A DNA stretch of 64,000 nt from Calditrichia bacterium (lineage in GTDB: Bacteria > Calditrichota > Calditrichia > JAJRVZ01): NCBI GenBank assembly GCA_963796965.1, contig CAWCNS010000004.1, positions 736,001 to 800,000 of the forward strand, in the 5' to 3' direction. Of this stretch, positions 21,277 to 31,806 are shown piece after piece. Numbering within the stretch: the first letter of the stretch is position 1; each line of letters opens with the position of its first letter. Made by a program: the position numbers and the translations under genes. The notes below the pieces were generated by a model. It saw only the letters and a list, made by a program, of their open reading frames with translations, was not told where the DNA came from and searched no databases.

Positions 21277-21458
21277 GGGCTGTTGCAGTTTAGGATATTT
21301 ACCTCAAACCGTAAGTAAGCAATGGCCAGTTTCCCCCTTGGAAAGGGGGACTAATCCCGTCCTACGGGACTAACCCCCTTCAAAGGGGGAATTAGATTTT
21401 GCTTAGTCGGACAGATATAAACATTCTTCTGTTATAATTATCTAAACTGCAACAGTCC
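21277..21458. mobile_element. MITE-like element with 17-bp terminal inverted repeats and an internal REP-like palindrome
   Basis: GGGCTGTTGCAGTTTAG (21277-21293) and CTAAACTGCAACAGTCC (21442-21458), 1 mismatch; internal TCCCCCTT...AAGGGGGA hairpins; no ORF. Confidence 0.65.
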
Positions 21459-21572
21459 TTCTCAAGGGGGAATAGATCCTGACATTTCAATATTGCGTTA
21501 AGAATCGAATATCTAATATTCAATTACAAATTCCCAATTCCCAATTCCTAATCCCTAATTCCATCTATTTTG

Positions 21573-23150
21573 CTAATTGATTAACGTATCCGCACTCGCC
21601 TGGTTGGCAAGATCCCAGTCATCTTTTTTGATATAACCCCTAAACTCTATCCCAGGGCGCAGATAGTTTTCCTGATCAAATAGGGGGATATATAGATCAC
21701 GATATCCGGGTTTCTTCTCGATATAAAGTTTTCGTATAAGTTCCCTCTCCATGGTAGAATTTATTATAACCAGTGGGGCAATTTCATCAGCTTCAGGAAG
21801 ATGGTTCCACCAGCCCGTTTGGGTGAACTTTCTGAAATACCAGGGGAAGGGCCAGTAATCGTCATCGGGGGCTATGACTTGGATGTGAAGGTTGTTTTTT
21901 TGAGGATGAGATGCTGTGATTTTTTCAGTTTGCTCAACCATTCTAAAAATATCGGGGAGAGGATGCGCATAGACATAAGGATTCTGAGGGCTAGCCGGAT
22001 AGTTAAAGTTCAATTCATAACTTTCCCAAAGCAGATGAATAGAGGCTATCGTGACAAGTATGACAAAAAGATAACGGAACTTGAGTATCGTTATTGTCCT
22101 ATATATATGATTAATGGCATAGGCTGCCAGAAGTACCAAACCGGGTATAAAACCGAGTAAATTCCAGGGGGTCTTATAAGGAATGATTGAAAAGACAGAA
22201 ATCAAAACAATCGTGTAGATAGCCAGAAACCTAAAAAATGGTTCATTAACCTGTTCTCTGCTTCGGCTTTTCAAGGCGATAACAATTCCCACAATGGCAA
22301 AGATCAGAATCAGGGCCTCAGTCCAAAAAAGAGAAGAACCATTTCTAAAAAATAATAATAAGGATAAATAATAATACCAGGGATGAGAATGAATTTCTCC
22401 TCCGCCTGCTCTTAAAAAGTAATTCTTATAGGAGATGAAACCGTCAATGATCCCCTGGGGATATTGGAAGAATGAGGAATAAAAAAACAAAAAAATTATG
22501 ATTGTGGCAATACCAAACAATCCCAGATGGCGAAAATTTAAAGTATCCAGGAAGGATTTTAACTTTCCACTAAAAGAAAAGGCGACAAGCATGGCAAACA
22601 CAAAAATAACCCAGGTTTCTTTCGTGCTGATCATCAGACCAAAAAATATCCCTGTTAAAACTGCCATTTGCCAGGTTCTCTTTTTGAGATATAAATACCC
22701 ACATATTTGCGTGCCGACGAGAAAAAACACCAGAAGTGTTTCATGGATATAGTAGCGGCTGTAATAGACACAAACAGGTGATATAGTCAAATAAAGAATA
22801 CTTATTAATAATACCTGGCGAGATATGTACTTAGAGAGAGCCAGAAATATAGCAATGGTAAACAGACCAAAAAAAACTGTAATAATGCGAAGCGAAAATT
22901 CTGTTAAATCTGGAAATGAGTCAATTGAAAGGATCAGGGATGAAATAAGCGAAGAAAAATAAAGCGTGGGACCATGATACTCAAATGGATCATATATATA
23001 GGTCCCACGCTCCAGAAGGGTGCCAAATTTTACGGCATTAACTGCCTCATCCCCATGTAAGGGTCGTATTTCGAGGGCTGGCCAACGTAAAGATATGGCG
23101 AGTAAAAGTACACAAATGACCAAAAATGATGAATTTTTGTACCACCTCAT
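21573..23150 (-). CDS. TIGR03663/Agl23-like GT-C fold membrane glycosyltransferase
   Basis: RPLHGDEAVNA, YDPFEYHGP, YYSRYYIHE, TKET, HPWYYY and YKTPW; polytopic; start overlaps the upstream stop. Confidence 0.8.
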   Translation of the reverse strand: MRWYKNSSFLVICVLLLAISLRWPALEIRPLHGDEAVNAVKFGTLLERGTYIYDPFEYHGPTLYFSSLISSLILSIDSFPDLTEFSLRIITVFFGLFTIAIFLALSKYISRQVLLISILYLTISPVCVYYSRYYIHETLLVFFLVGTQICGYLYLKKRTWQMAVLTGIFFGLMISTKETWVIFVFAMLVAFSFSGKLKSFLDTLNFRHLGLFGIATIIIFLFFYSSFFQYPQGIIDGFISYKNYFLRAGGGEIHSHPWYYYLSLLLFFRNGSSLFWTEALILIFAIVGIVIALKSRSREQVNEPFFRFLAIYTIVLISVFSIIPYKTPWNLLGFIPGLVLLAAYAINHIYRTITILKFRYLFVILVTIASIHLLWESYELNFNYPASPQNPYVYAHPLPDIFRMVEQTEKITASHPQKNNLHIQVIAPDDDYWPFPWYFRKFTQTGWWNHLPEADEIAPLVIINSTMERELIRKLYIEKKPGYRDLYIPLFDQENYLRPGIEFRGYIKKDDWDLANQASADTLIN

Positions 23151-23824
23151 TTGGCTGGTTTGCCGTGAACTTCTATCTCAATATAATGGTTTAAATCGTT
23201 ATTGGTATTGCCATTGCTGTAACAACGAACGTATCTTCCCTGAACACCCTTGGCATCAATTAGTCGGCCTTCAGCAGTTTCAACATAATGCATATCCTGA
23301 CCAACGCCCTGACCGGATGAATTATCAAGATCATTGTTGTAAACCGTTTGAACACCCGTTATAAAATCAGGATCATCGGAAACCTGAACAACTGTATCAA
23401 AATATACACGTGGTTGTTTGTGAAAATGCCAGACAACGATGGCATACATGGTGTATTTCGCTTCCAAATCAATCGTAACGTACTGTGTAAAAGGTCCTAA
23501 TTCTACAAAACTTCCATCACCGGCTTCCTTGTCACCATCGGTAATCATTTCTATCTCACCGATAATGGGCTCTTCGTCCGTACTGGCAATTGATTTGTTC
23601 AAAGCAACGTTTTTTGTACCTTTGGGCGCCAGAAATGCTGGCCGGGGTTTACCCAATGGTTTCTCCAGATTGGGAACCTGCATGTTTTGGGGTGTACCGA
23701 TAAACATTGCTTTAGGTAATTTGAGATCCAGAGGAACCATCTCAGCATCTTTGCTATCCTGTCCCAATCCTATAGACGCTAATAGAAAGATACTAATTAC
23801 GATAGTTGTCAATATTCTTTGCAT
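23147..23824 (-). CDS. Secreted discoidin/F5-8 type C-like domain protein
   Basis: Signal peptide; NVALNK, ITDGDK, VTIDLE, VQVSDD and GRYVRCYSNG...EIEVHG. Confidence 0.75.
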   Translation of the reverse strand: MQRILTTIVISIFLLASIGLGQDSKDAEMVPLDLKLPKAMFIGTPQNMQVPNLEKPLGKPRPAFLAPKGTKNVALNKSIASTDEEPIIGEIEMITDGDKEAGDGSFVELGPFTQYVTIDLEAKYTMYAIVVWHFHKQPRVYFDTVVQVSDDPDFITGVQTVYNNDLDNSSGQGVGQDMHYVETAEGRLIDAKGVQGRYVRCYSNGNTNNDLNHYIEIEVHGKPAK

Positions 23825-23871
23825 TGGTTATACTCCTTTATTATTATTGTCGATTTAAATAAGATTTCACT

Positions 23872-23966
23872 TTGTCATTCCGAATCCCGGCCATTCGCCA
23901 GGACAGGCTTGTTTCGGAATCTATTTAGTTTCGCTATCAAAGATTCTGAAATAAATTCAGAATGAC
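23872..23966. repeat. REP-like palindrome family GTCAT(T/C)C...GAATGAC (also ~31876-31957 and 53678-53737)
   Basis: Shared GTCAT(T/C)C(T/C)GAA...TTGTTTC(A/G)GAATC and AGAT(T/C)C(T/C)GAAAT...GAATGAC arms. Confidence 0.7.
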
Positions 23967-24085
23967 CGTTATGCCAATTTTAAAACTTTTGTCATCAAAC
24001 CGCGAACGAATGTTATTTTATATATCTGTATCTGCTTCTAATTCTATGTACTTCGCAAATTAATTTCAGTTTCATTAACTAAAAA

Positions 24086-24709
24086 TTAATTGTTCGATTT
24101 TTCTGTAACGACCATTAATCCAAGCGTATGAAGTATGGCTACAATAAATAAAACCAATGTAGTATAACGATGAATAACGATTAATGTTGCCTGTCCCTCT
24201 GTACCAAAAAGAGGATACATACCTAACACAATGGATAGAATAGCAGGGATGGAAACAAGTAAAAAAAGCCAAAAATAAATCTTCTGCCAGCTGGCTATTC
24301 CATCCTCAAGGGAACATATTCTCTGTACAATTTTATTTTTAAGATTTGGCCAATCAGAAGAAAATAGTCTCTGAGAGTGTGCCCAAAAAACAGCCGTAAG
24401 TGCTAAGGTAACACAAAAGACCGGTGCTACAGTCACATGCAATATTAATGGAAAACCGCTTAAATGACCGCCCAAAAAAAGAATTGGTAAAAAAGCTGTA
24501 AGTGCCAGAAGTGCAAAAGAAATTAGCATTAACTGATAGGAGATAATACGCAGTGATTTAAGCAAGTTATCATCTTTGAATTTGATTAACGTTAAAAAGG
24601 AATGATAAGCATCACCTATACTTTTATTTTCAATTCTCTTATTTTTTACGAGCCAAAAAATCCAGCCCCCAAATGCAATAATTATTATAAGTATTAAGAT
24701 CCGGTACAT
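24086..24709 (-). CDS. Cytochrome b-like membrane subunit (FdnI/Ni-hydrogenase cyt b type)
   Basis: Four to five TM helices with membrane histidines: LILHVTVAP and IVIHRYTTLVLFIVAILH (H-x13-H), plus WQKIYFW; directly follows the multiheme gene. Confidence 0.7.
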   Translation of the reverse strand: MYRILILIIIIAFGGWIFWLVKNKRIENKSIGDAYHSFLTLIKFKDDNLLKSLRIISYQLMLISFALLALTAFLPILFLGGHLSGFPLILHVTVAPVFCVTLALTAVFWAHSQRLFSSDWPNLKNKIVQRICSLEDGIASWQKIYFWLFLLVSIPAILSIVLGMYPLFGTEGQATLIVIHRYTTLVLFIVAILHTLGLMVVTEKSNN

Positions 24710-24721
24710 TTTAATATCTTT

Positions 24722-26599
24722 CTATTTATCTTTACCAACTGTGAGAGTAACGACTGACAGACCTTTGAATGCGTATAGAAGTACAATTCCGATAATTACA
24801 AATACTGAAATGATGATAATTACTTTTAACCAGGGTCGGAACAGAAAAGAAAATGAAAAAATCCATGAACCTATTTGGTTGGTGTCCTGAAAATCAATCA
24901 TTTTGACTATGGCAGCATTATTCAGATTCAAAGGTGAATCCATAGCGATTTTGCTATAAAAGAACGGTGAGGTTGTGGAATGACAGTCATTACAATTACG
25001 CACGCCTAATGATTGCCGTGCAGGGCGAACATCATGTGCAATTGCCCAGGTATAGGGTTGCGCTGCCGGGTGTTCATTTTTGCTTAGCAATCCCTGATCC
25101 GTTTTTTGATATAAATATCCTCCGCTAATAAAGACATAGTCGGATTTATCTTTCTGATCCATTTCCAGGGAGTCCAGAACCTTCACAATACTGTCTGGTG
25201 CCAGGTCTAACCACTGTCCTGTATGAAGGGTATCATAATTGACTAAAAGTGCTTCGGTTATCGGTCGGATTTGATCCATGGCTAGGGGTGTGATCGTATC
25301 CCCTGACATTTTTCCCCAGAAGGAAGGCCAGATCAAATTATGGGGTGCTATTTTGCCATCATCGCCAGTCATCAAAACCGGAGATAGTATATGTGGCAAC
25401 ATTTCATCAGTTTTAACATAGCCATGAACACCTAAGGCATGGGCCATGGAGGTTTTAACCGCACCTGTCTCCTCATTGGGCCACGTACCCGAATGACACG
25501 CCGTACAGGATAATTTTTCGAAGTGGATAGTGGGGATGCCCGGATGTTCTGGCAGGGGAGCGCCAGCTGTACCTGCGAAAGGATACTCATCATCATCCGT
25601 GTTACCAATATGACAGCCCTCACAAGTGAGACTTGCTGAATGCACATTATTATTGGCCGGTTGACCTTCATAACCTCTGGCCATTTGATGGTCCAATCCG
25701 TTCTGATGACAATCTACGCATTTCATCCCGGAAAGGAGATGTACATCATTGCTTGAATGCGGCGCTACTGGCTTTTTGTTGTCTATGATTTTTGTTGAAT
25801 GGCAATAATAACAGTTTTCATCAGGAATGTTTTTGGTGATATTAAAATATACTTCATTTTTAGAATTAAAACGGCTATGATCATATTGAATCATTGGTGG
25901 TAAGGCATTGATATTGGACGGAGCAGAACCTGCATAAAGATCGTATTGTTCAGACATCTCCTTTGCATTGCCTTCAACCGTGGCAAAAGCACTCGTAGCT
26001 GAGGCCGCCCAGCGAAAATTTTGCTTCGCTACCTGAGGTGCATAAACAGCCTGATTATGTGCAAATTCTGCATCATGGCAACTCAAGCAGTTAATCTCCA
26101 GATCCCCGGAAACCTCCCATCTGAACAAGTTTTCCAATGACCGCAGCGCTTTGTTTTCTCCCACACCACCTCCGGGCATCTGCCGACCAAAGGTTTGGAC
26201 AAACGTCATTGTTGAAAAACCGATTTGTTGTGGTTTGTAGGTACCTTTCCAGTCTCGGAATGAAAGTGGGATCTGTGTAGAACTTTGCTGATCGATAAAT
26301 ATCCAGGGATGTCCTGGCCGGCCTGAATCAGCGCCCGAGTCAGCAGCATTAAAATGCCATCCCATTTTGATTTGATTATAGTCATGACATTTACCGCATG
26401 TATTTTTCGGTGAGAAAGGCATTAAAGGCTGATCATCCAGGCGCACGGTAGAACTGTCTTCATCGATGAGATTTATTAGGTGGACTGATTTTGAACGATT
26501 GCCGTCAGGAATATCTCCAAGCAAGGGTTCCTGAGAAAATAATAACGATGCAGACGCAAAAATCAGAACAATAATCGTAAGTTTGGTTATTTGTGTCAA
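24722..26599 (-). CDS. Multiheme c-type cytochrome (7 CxxCH), signal peptide and C-terminal TM anchor
   Basis: CGKCH, CLSCH, CYYCH, CVDCH, CEGCH, CTACH and CNDCH. The TTG start overlaps the TGA of the upstream Gfo gene. Confidence 0.9.
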   Translation of the reverse strand: MTQITKLTIIVLIFASASLLFSQEPLLGDIPDGNRSKSVHLINLIDEDSSTVRLDDQPLMPFSPKNTCGKCHDYNQIKMGWHFNAADSGADSGRPGHPWIFIDQQSSTQIPLSFRDWKGTYKPQQIGFSTMTFVQTFGRQMPGGGVGENKALRSLENLFRWEVSGDLEINCLSCHDAEFAHNQAVYAPQVAKQNFRWAASATSAFATVEGNAKEMSEQYDLYAGSAPSNINALPPMIQYDHSRFNSKNEVYFNITKNIPDENCYYCHSTKIIDNKKPVAPHSSNDVHLLSGMKCVDCHQNGLDHQMARGYEGQPANNNVHSASLTCEGCHIGNTDDDEYPFAGTAGAPLPEHPGIPTIHFEKLSCTACHSGTWPNEETGAVKTSMAHALGVHGYVKTDEMLPHILSPVLMTGDDGKIAPHNLIWPSFWGKMSGDTITPLAMDQIRPITEALLVNYDTLHTGQWLDLAPDSIVKVLDSLEMDQKDKSDYVFISGGYLYQKTDQGLLSKNEHPAAQPYTWAIAHDVRPARQSLGVRNCNDCHSTTSPFFYSKIAMDSPLNLNNAAIVKMIDFQDTNQIGSWIFSFSFLFRPWLKVIIIISVFVIIGIVLLYAFKGLSVVTLTVGKDK

Positions 26600-27957
26600 A
26601 TCTTGAACTCCTTCGCCTGAAACTTCAGTTTTCTTCCAGCCTCGACAGCATCATTTACTTTAAGTACGGTTACAGCCGTTTCATAGCCATCTTCAACAGG
26701 GCAATTTAATTCGGCTGTTCCCCGGATAGCACCAAAGAAATTCTCCAGATGTGGTTTATGATAAGGGTCATTAAACACAATGGGGAGTTCATATTTCGGT
26801 GGTGCCACAGTTTCTCTTACATCGAGGACCACACCTGGTTTTGGCTTTGCTTCTTCTTTAGGCGCTAGAACATATCCCATCTCAACCCATTTTTCCCATT
26901 GGGGGGCTAATTGTTCCCGGTACACAGCACCTCTGGCAGCTGATTCTGAGATCTGCAGGGTACCTTCATTGCCTAAAAAATTCTCATAATAGCCTAAGCT
27001 ACTATTGGTCGTTATCGTTTGGTAAAAAGCCCTTACCATACCATCTTTTGTTTTGTATTCATAGGTGGCCAAAACTGAATCATACCATTCGTGGGTTTTT
27101 TTATCGTAGTAATCGGTTCCGCCACTGGCCATCACAGAAACAGGATGGCTTTTCAAAAACCAATTATATATATCAATCTGGTGTGAACCAAGGTCAACCA
27201 CCGGACCACCGCCCAAACCTTTGTACCAACGCCAATTACGGAACTGATGCATATTTTTAAACCCATACCTTTTTAGAACGGCATTAGGAACAGCATATTT
27301 TTCCGGATATCCTAAATCAGGTTGAACACCTCTATTCCATTGACCATTGACGGTCGTAATACGACCTAAAATATTGGCTTCGTTAAGTAATACATTATAG
27401 CAATATCTGTAACGGGGGTTGCTACGACGCTGATGTCCGATCTGCACTTTCTTGTTGCTTGCTTTTGCTGCTTTTACAATTCTCCTTGCGCCGGCTAATG
27501 TATTTGACATTTCTTTTTCACAATAGACGTGTAATCCGGCTCTTAAACAATCTTCAGCGTGGGTAGCATGCCAGAAATCCGGGGTGGCAATGATTACGGC
27601 ATCTAATTCTTTTTCTTTTGCCAGCATGTCCCGGTGATCTTCGTAGGCATTTAAATCATGACCATATTTCTTCAACAAACGATAGGCACGTTTTAAATTA
27701 TAATCTTTCCAAATATCGCAGACGGCTTTAAAACGAATATTTGGAATCTTTAACATGGCATTCATAAGTACCTGGCCTTCAGAGCCGCACCCAAGTAAGG
27801 CAATGTTTAAGTGGTTGGAATCATTAGCTTTAGCCTTAGACATTATCATCGGCGATAATATAATTCCCGCTCCTGCCGCTGCACTTGTTTTAACAAAATT
27901 TCTGCGGCTGATATCTTTGTTACTGTTTGATAAATGCTTCTTCTCTTGATAGTTCAT
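26596..27957 (-). CDS. Tat-exported Gfo/Idh/MocA oxidoreductase
   Basis: SRRNFVK Tat motif; LGCGSEG, IATPDFWHA, YCEKEM and DLGSHQID. Confidence 0.9.
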   Translation of the reverse strand: MNYQEKKHLSNSNKDISRRNFVKTSAAAGAGIILSPMIMSKAKANDSNHLNIALLGCGSEGQVLMNAMLKIPNIRFKAVCDIWKDYNLKRAYRLLKKYGHDLNAYEDHRDMLAKEKELDAVIIATPDFWHATHAEDCLRAGLHVYCEKEMSNTLAGARRIVKAAKASNKKVQIGHQRRSNPRYRYCYNVLLNEANILGRITTVNGQWNRGVQPDLGYPEKYAVPNAVLKRYGFKNMHQFRNWRWYKGLGGGPVVDLGSHQIDIYNWFLKSHPVSVMASGGTDYYDKKTHEWYDSVLATYEYKTKDGMVRAFYQTITTNSSLGYYENFLGNEGTLQISESAARGAVYREQLAPQWEKWVEMGYVLAPKEEAKPKPGVVLDVRETVAPPKYELPIVFNDPYHKPHLENFFGAIRGTAELNCPVEDGYETAVTVLKVNDAVEAGRKLKFQAKEFKI

Positions 27958-28333
27958 GATTTTACCCAATTTATATGTATTTAAATTAATTACATGAAAT
28001 CCCTGGGACATAAATATGATTTGTTATAGAAAATGCATCACTGGGTGAGGTTTTTGACCAGGACAAATTTTATTCTACAACTTACCAACTCAACAACAGT
28101 TTTAATACGAGGTAATCGGGGGAAATTTAGCGAATTCCTGTTCCGTTCCGGGTTTGCCGTTAATTTAACGACTTACGATCAATATTTAAAGTCTTTTTCT
28201 ATTGAAAAATGAAATATAGCTAATAAAAACCCGGAGATTCTTGTAAAATCAGTCTTCACCAAAGCTCATATATGCGACTGAAATTTTGGAAAACTACATT
28301 TAAGCGTAGCGTCGTTTGGTGAGAGAAAAGATA

Positions 28334-28430
28334 AACACAAAGAACACTAAGGAGGCACAGAGTTCACAAAGAAGTTCTATAAATTAAAAACTTTGTGCTC
28401 TTTGTGCTTTCTTTGTGCCCTTTGTGTTTA
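28334..28430. repeat. ACACAAAG...CTTTGTG REP-like inverted repeat family (also ~13690-13835, 16450-16550, 33304-33400, 49846-50024, 60784-60878)
   Basis: Arms such as aaacacaaagaacactaag and ctttgtgccctttgtgttt surround an AT-rich loop in many intergenic gaps. Confidence 0.8.
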
Positions 28431-28446
28431 GTTTTTTTTTATTTCC

Positions 28447-31400
28447 TCAATAATTAAGCTCTCTCAACTGTATATTACGGTATTCTATCTTCGAAGAATG
28501 GTTCTGCAAACCGATAAAACCCTTTCTCCTTTTTAATCCGGGATGGGCGCGGGTCTGGTCCATATAATTTATTAAATTGGCATTGATGATTTCTTCCCCA
28601 TTGAGAAAAACGTTTACCTGAGGGCCGTCACAGATTATTTTCATCTTTTGCCATTGATCCGCTTTTTTTGTCATCCGTTTCGATGGGGCCTGAACACCAT
28701 AGATACTTCCCGTGTACTGCCAGGCATTTAGTTCTGCATACATGTCAGCATAATCGTCCAGAACCTGAAACTCCATACCGACATAGGCAGGATTTCCCTC
28801 GCGGGGTGTCCGAAGGAAAACACCACTGTTTCCATCGGGGGGGACACGGAATTCTAATTCTAATTCAAAATCTGAAAACTCACGGGTTGTTGAAATCCAA
28901 CCGCCTCCTTCTCCCTCGGTTAACAAAATACCATTCTCAGCCCGCCAGCTTCCTTCCTTAGCGCCGACCAGTTCCCAACCGGTTAAATCCGAGCCGTTAA
29001 ATAATGCACCATTAAACAAACCTTCATCTTCTGGTAGTTCTTTTATAAAAATATTTTTAAAATAAAGGGGACTGTGATGTGCTTGTAATTCAATCGCATC
29101 GCTGGCATAAATTGGTTTGTCGCGTTCCCAGTAATTCTCCATCAATACATCGTTAACGACAAGTCTACCATTCAAATATACCGTCACTTTTGAACCAAGC
29201 ATGATGATACGAAATCTATTCCATTCTCCAACAGGATTGTCGGCCATCCGGGATGGATTACTTGGATTTTTCTGATTGTTATAGAGCCCTCCTGAACCGA
29301 TTGGATTTGTTTCAGGATCCCATATCTGGACCTGGGGAGAACCCCTTAAATAAATTCCACTATCACCGTCTTTTTCTATCTTCCAGTCTACAAGTAATTC
29401 AAAATTTCCAAAATCTTTCAAGGTGCAAAGACTCTGTCCTTTTCCATCGAAGCATAGAATACCATCGATCACACGCCAATGTTCCCGCATTATTTGGTCT
29501 GCTTCGATTTGTGCATCAGCGAGTTCTTCTGCGCTCATTTTGGCCCGTTTTATGGGATTCTCAACCAGACCTTTCCACCCTGTGAGATCTTTTCCATTAA
29601 ATAGAGCCGTATAACCTTCGGGTACAAAGAGAGAATCTGCTTCTCTTTCTTCTGTCTTCTCTCCTCTCAAAGTTGAAATTAGCGTCCTGGCTACCTGATC
29701 ATTCTGTAGATTTGGTTTGTCTCTCATCGGAGCCGAAATAACGAGTGCCGCTCTTGCAGCATCATCACCCAATTTTGGATCCATGATAAATTCTGATACA
29801 TGGGCAAGTGATTCTTCGGAACGAATGGATGACATGGCTGAAAGGATAGATACTTTCTCCTCATCACGATCGGCGGCATCTAATAATCGTTTACAGACAT
29901 CTACCTCGTAATTTGAACCAAGTTCATTCTCTCCAAGGATTTGTAAGGCGCCTCTGATGGCTAAAACCCGATGTGTCGTGTTTTTGGATTTACCAGAAAG
30001 CTCTACCAGAGGCTCCAGGGCTTCATACCCCGACCACTTGGCAAGAGTGCGGATAGCGGCATCTTTGATCTCTGTATCCTTGCTTTTTGTCTCGTCCAAA
30101 ATAAAATTTAAACTTTGCTTGCCCCCTATACGCGCAAACAATGGTAAAATAAGAATTTTTTGATCCGGGGTGGCCAATTGGTATGAACTAATTATCGGCT
30201 CTAGTTGTTTGTCCCGGTTTTTTATTCTGGAGGCAACCTTTACAACGGCATCTGCTGCCACCTTTTGCTCCGTTTTTTCTTCACTATTTATAAAATGCGT
30301 TAATACACTCTGATATTCATCGGGTCCGGCTAATGATTCTAATGCTTTTAAAGCGGTAATACGAACCGATAACGTGTCATCATTTACTAAGTTACCTATC
30401 GGTTGGGTAAAATCTTTTGCCTGACGTTCTGTGAGAATCTCTAACGCGCAGATCTTTGCATTTAGTGAATAGGCTTTCATTCCAGAGGCCATGTCAGCAA
30501 TAAACAGATCACCTGATACCTGGAGAAGTACGTTTTTAAGAGCAATAATCTCCTCATCGTCTTTGCTCTCAGCCAGGGATTCTAATAAAAGAGTTGCCAG
30601 CTGTTTATCTGCATCATATCCGGCGAGAGCATTGATAGAACTAATTCGGACCAATTTATTCTCATCTTTGATATACTCTAAGATGATCTCTCGCGTTGCG
30701 CTATAATGTCGTCTGCCAAATGTATAGATTATGTCGGATTGAATTTCAGGAGAAGCGTTCTTGAGAAGATCCACTAAGCCTGATAACAAGGCGTTGTTTT
30801 CGGTTTTTGTGGCTAATTCCAATGCAGCAATTCGTGACTTTTGATCACCGTTTTTTATAAAAGTTACAAGTTCTGGCATTGCCTGGGCATTTAGACGTTT
30901 CAGCAGTTCAGAAAGAGCATCAATTTGTGTGTTCTGTTTATATTTACCACTCTCGTCATTTATGATCTCCCGCAGATGCGAAACGGCCAGATCTTTGTTT
31001 TTAATATTTTCCAACCACAGAATATATAATGAATTGATATAACTCTGATCATTTAAACTGTAACCCGAATAGTCTGATTCAAATAATGTGGCGGCTGATG
31101 GATAACCCATATTCGCCAGCGCGTAAACAACACCAAGATGAAGTTCCTTTTTGGTCTCGTCAGCAAATGTCAAGATCTCTTCTGCTGCAGGCGTATACCC
31201 AAGGTCACCAAGGCTTTTTATAATAGAAATACGATTTTGCTCGGATACGTTTGCAATACTTTTTTGCAAGGCGAGACCTGATTGTGGTGTGTTTATGGCC
31301 ACCAGGGCCTGACAGGCGGGATTGCATAAAACCGGATCGCTTAAAAAGCCGGAAAGATGAGGGACGGAATTTGCATCCCCGGAATAATTTAAAAGATTGA

Positions 31401-31806
31401 TGATCCGGGTTTTCTTGGGATTGTCCAGTTTTGATTGTAATATTTTGTAGATACCGGAGAGAAGCATTTGTCTCTGACTCTCCATCCCCGTTCGCATTAC
31501 ATAAAAGTTCAGGCTTGTCAAAGCATTCTGGGCTGATTCTTTTTCCTCATCCTTATCACTATCAAGCATTTTTCCAATATAGACAATGGCTTTGGACCCG
31601 CGACGGAGAATGGTTTCATTTACCAGAATTGCCTTTAGGGTATCCTCGGTGGGATGTTGGGTTACCAACTGATGGAGAAACGTGTCTGAATTGTCATCAG
31701 AAAGATATTTAGCCGTTTGATTGGTGCTACTGCATCCGAAAATAATAAGAGATACAAATATTACAATTGTTTTTAAAGACATACCGCTTTTTTTCGTTTT
31801 TATCAT
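28447..31806 (-). CDS. Lipoprotein with HEAT repeats and two DUF1080 (3-keto-disaccharide hydrolase) domains
   Basis: Lipobox IIFGC; long HEAT region; two LFNG.DLTGW...[DN]SG..LR...LQ.H...[FY].NI units. Confidence 0.9.
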   Translation of the reverse strand: MIKTKKSGMSLKTIVIFVSLIIFGCSSTNQTAKYLSDDNSDTFLHQLVTQHPTEDTLKAILVNETILRRGSKAIVYIGKMLDSDKDEEKESAQNALTSLNFYVMRTGMESQRQMLLSGIYKILQSKLDNPKKTRIINLLNYSGDANSVPHLSGFLSDPVLCNPACQALVAINTPQSGLALQKSIANVSEQNRISIIKSLGDLGYTPAAEEILTFADETKKELHLGVVYALANMGYPSAATLFESDYSGYSLNDQSYINSLYILWLENIKNKDLAVSHLREIINDESGKYKQNTQIDALSELLKRLNAQAMPELVTFIKNGDQKSRIAALELATKTENNALLSGLVDLLKNASPEIQSDIIYTFGRRHYSATREIILEYIKDENKLVRISSINALAGYDADKQLATLLLESLAESKDDEEIIALKNVLLQVSGDLFIADMASGMKAYSLNAKICALEILTERQAKDFTQPIGNLVNDDTLSVRITALKALESLAGPDEYQSVLTHFINSEEKTEQKVAADAVVKVASRIKNRDKQLEPIISSYQLATPDQKILILPLFARIGGKQSLNFILDETKSKDTEIKDAAIRTLAKWSGYEALEPLVELSGKSKNTTHRVLAIRGALQILGENELGSNYEVDVCKRLLDAADRDEEKVSILSAMSSIRSEESLAHVSEFIMDPKLGDDAARAALVISAPMRDKPNLQNDQVARTLISTLRGEKTEEREADSLFVPEGYTALFNGKDLTGWKGLVENPIKRAKMSAEELADAQIEADQIMREHWRVIDGILCFDGKGQSLCTLKDFGNFELLVDWKIEKDGDSGIYLRGSPQVQIWDPETNPIGSGGLYNNQKNPSNPSRMADNPVGEWNRFRIIMLGSKVTVYLNGRLVVNDVLMENYWERDKPIYASDAIELQAHHSPLYFKNIFIKELPEDEGLFNGALFNGSDLTGWELVGAKEGSWRAENGILLTEGEGGGWISTTREFSDFELELEFRVPPDGNSGVFLRTPREGNPAYVGMEFQVLDDYADMYAELNAWQYTGSIYGVQAPSKRMTKKADQWQKMKIICDGPQVNVFLNGEEIINANLINYMDQTRAHPGLKRRKGFIGLQNHSSKIEYRNIQLRELNY

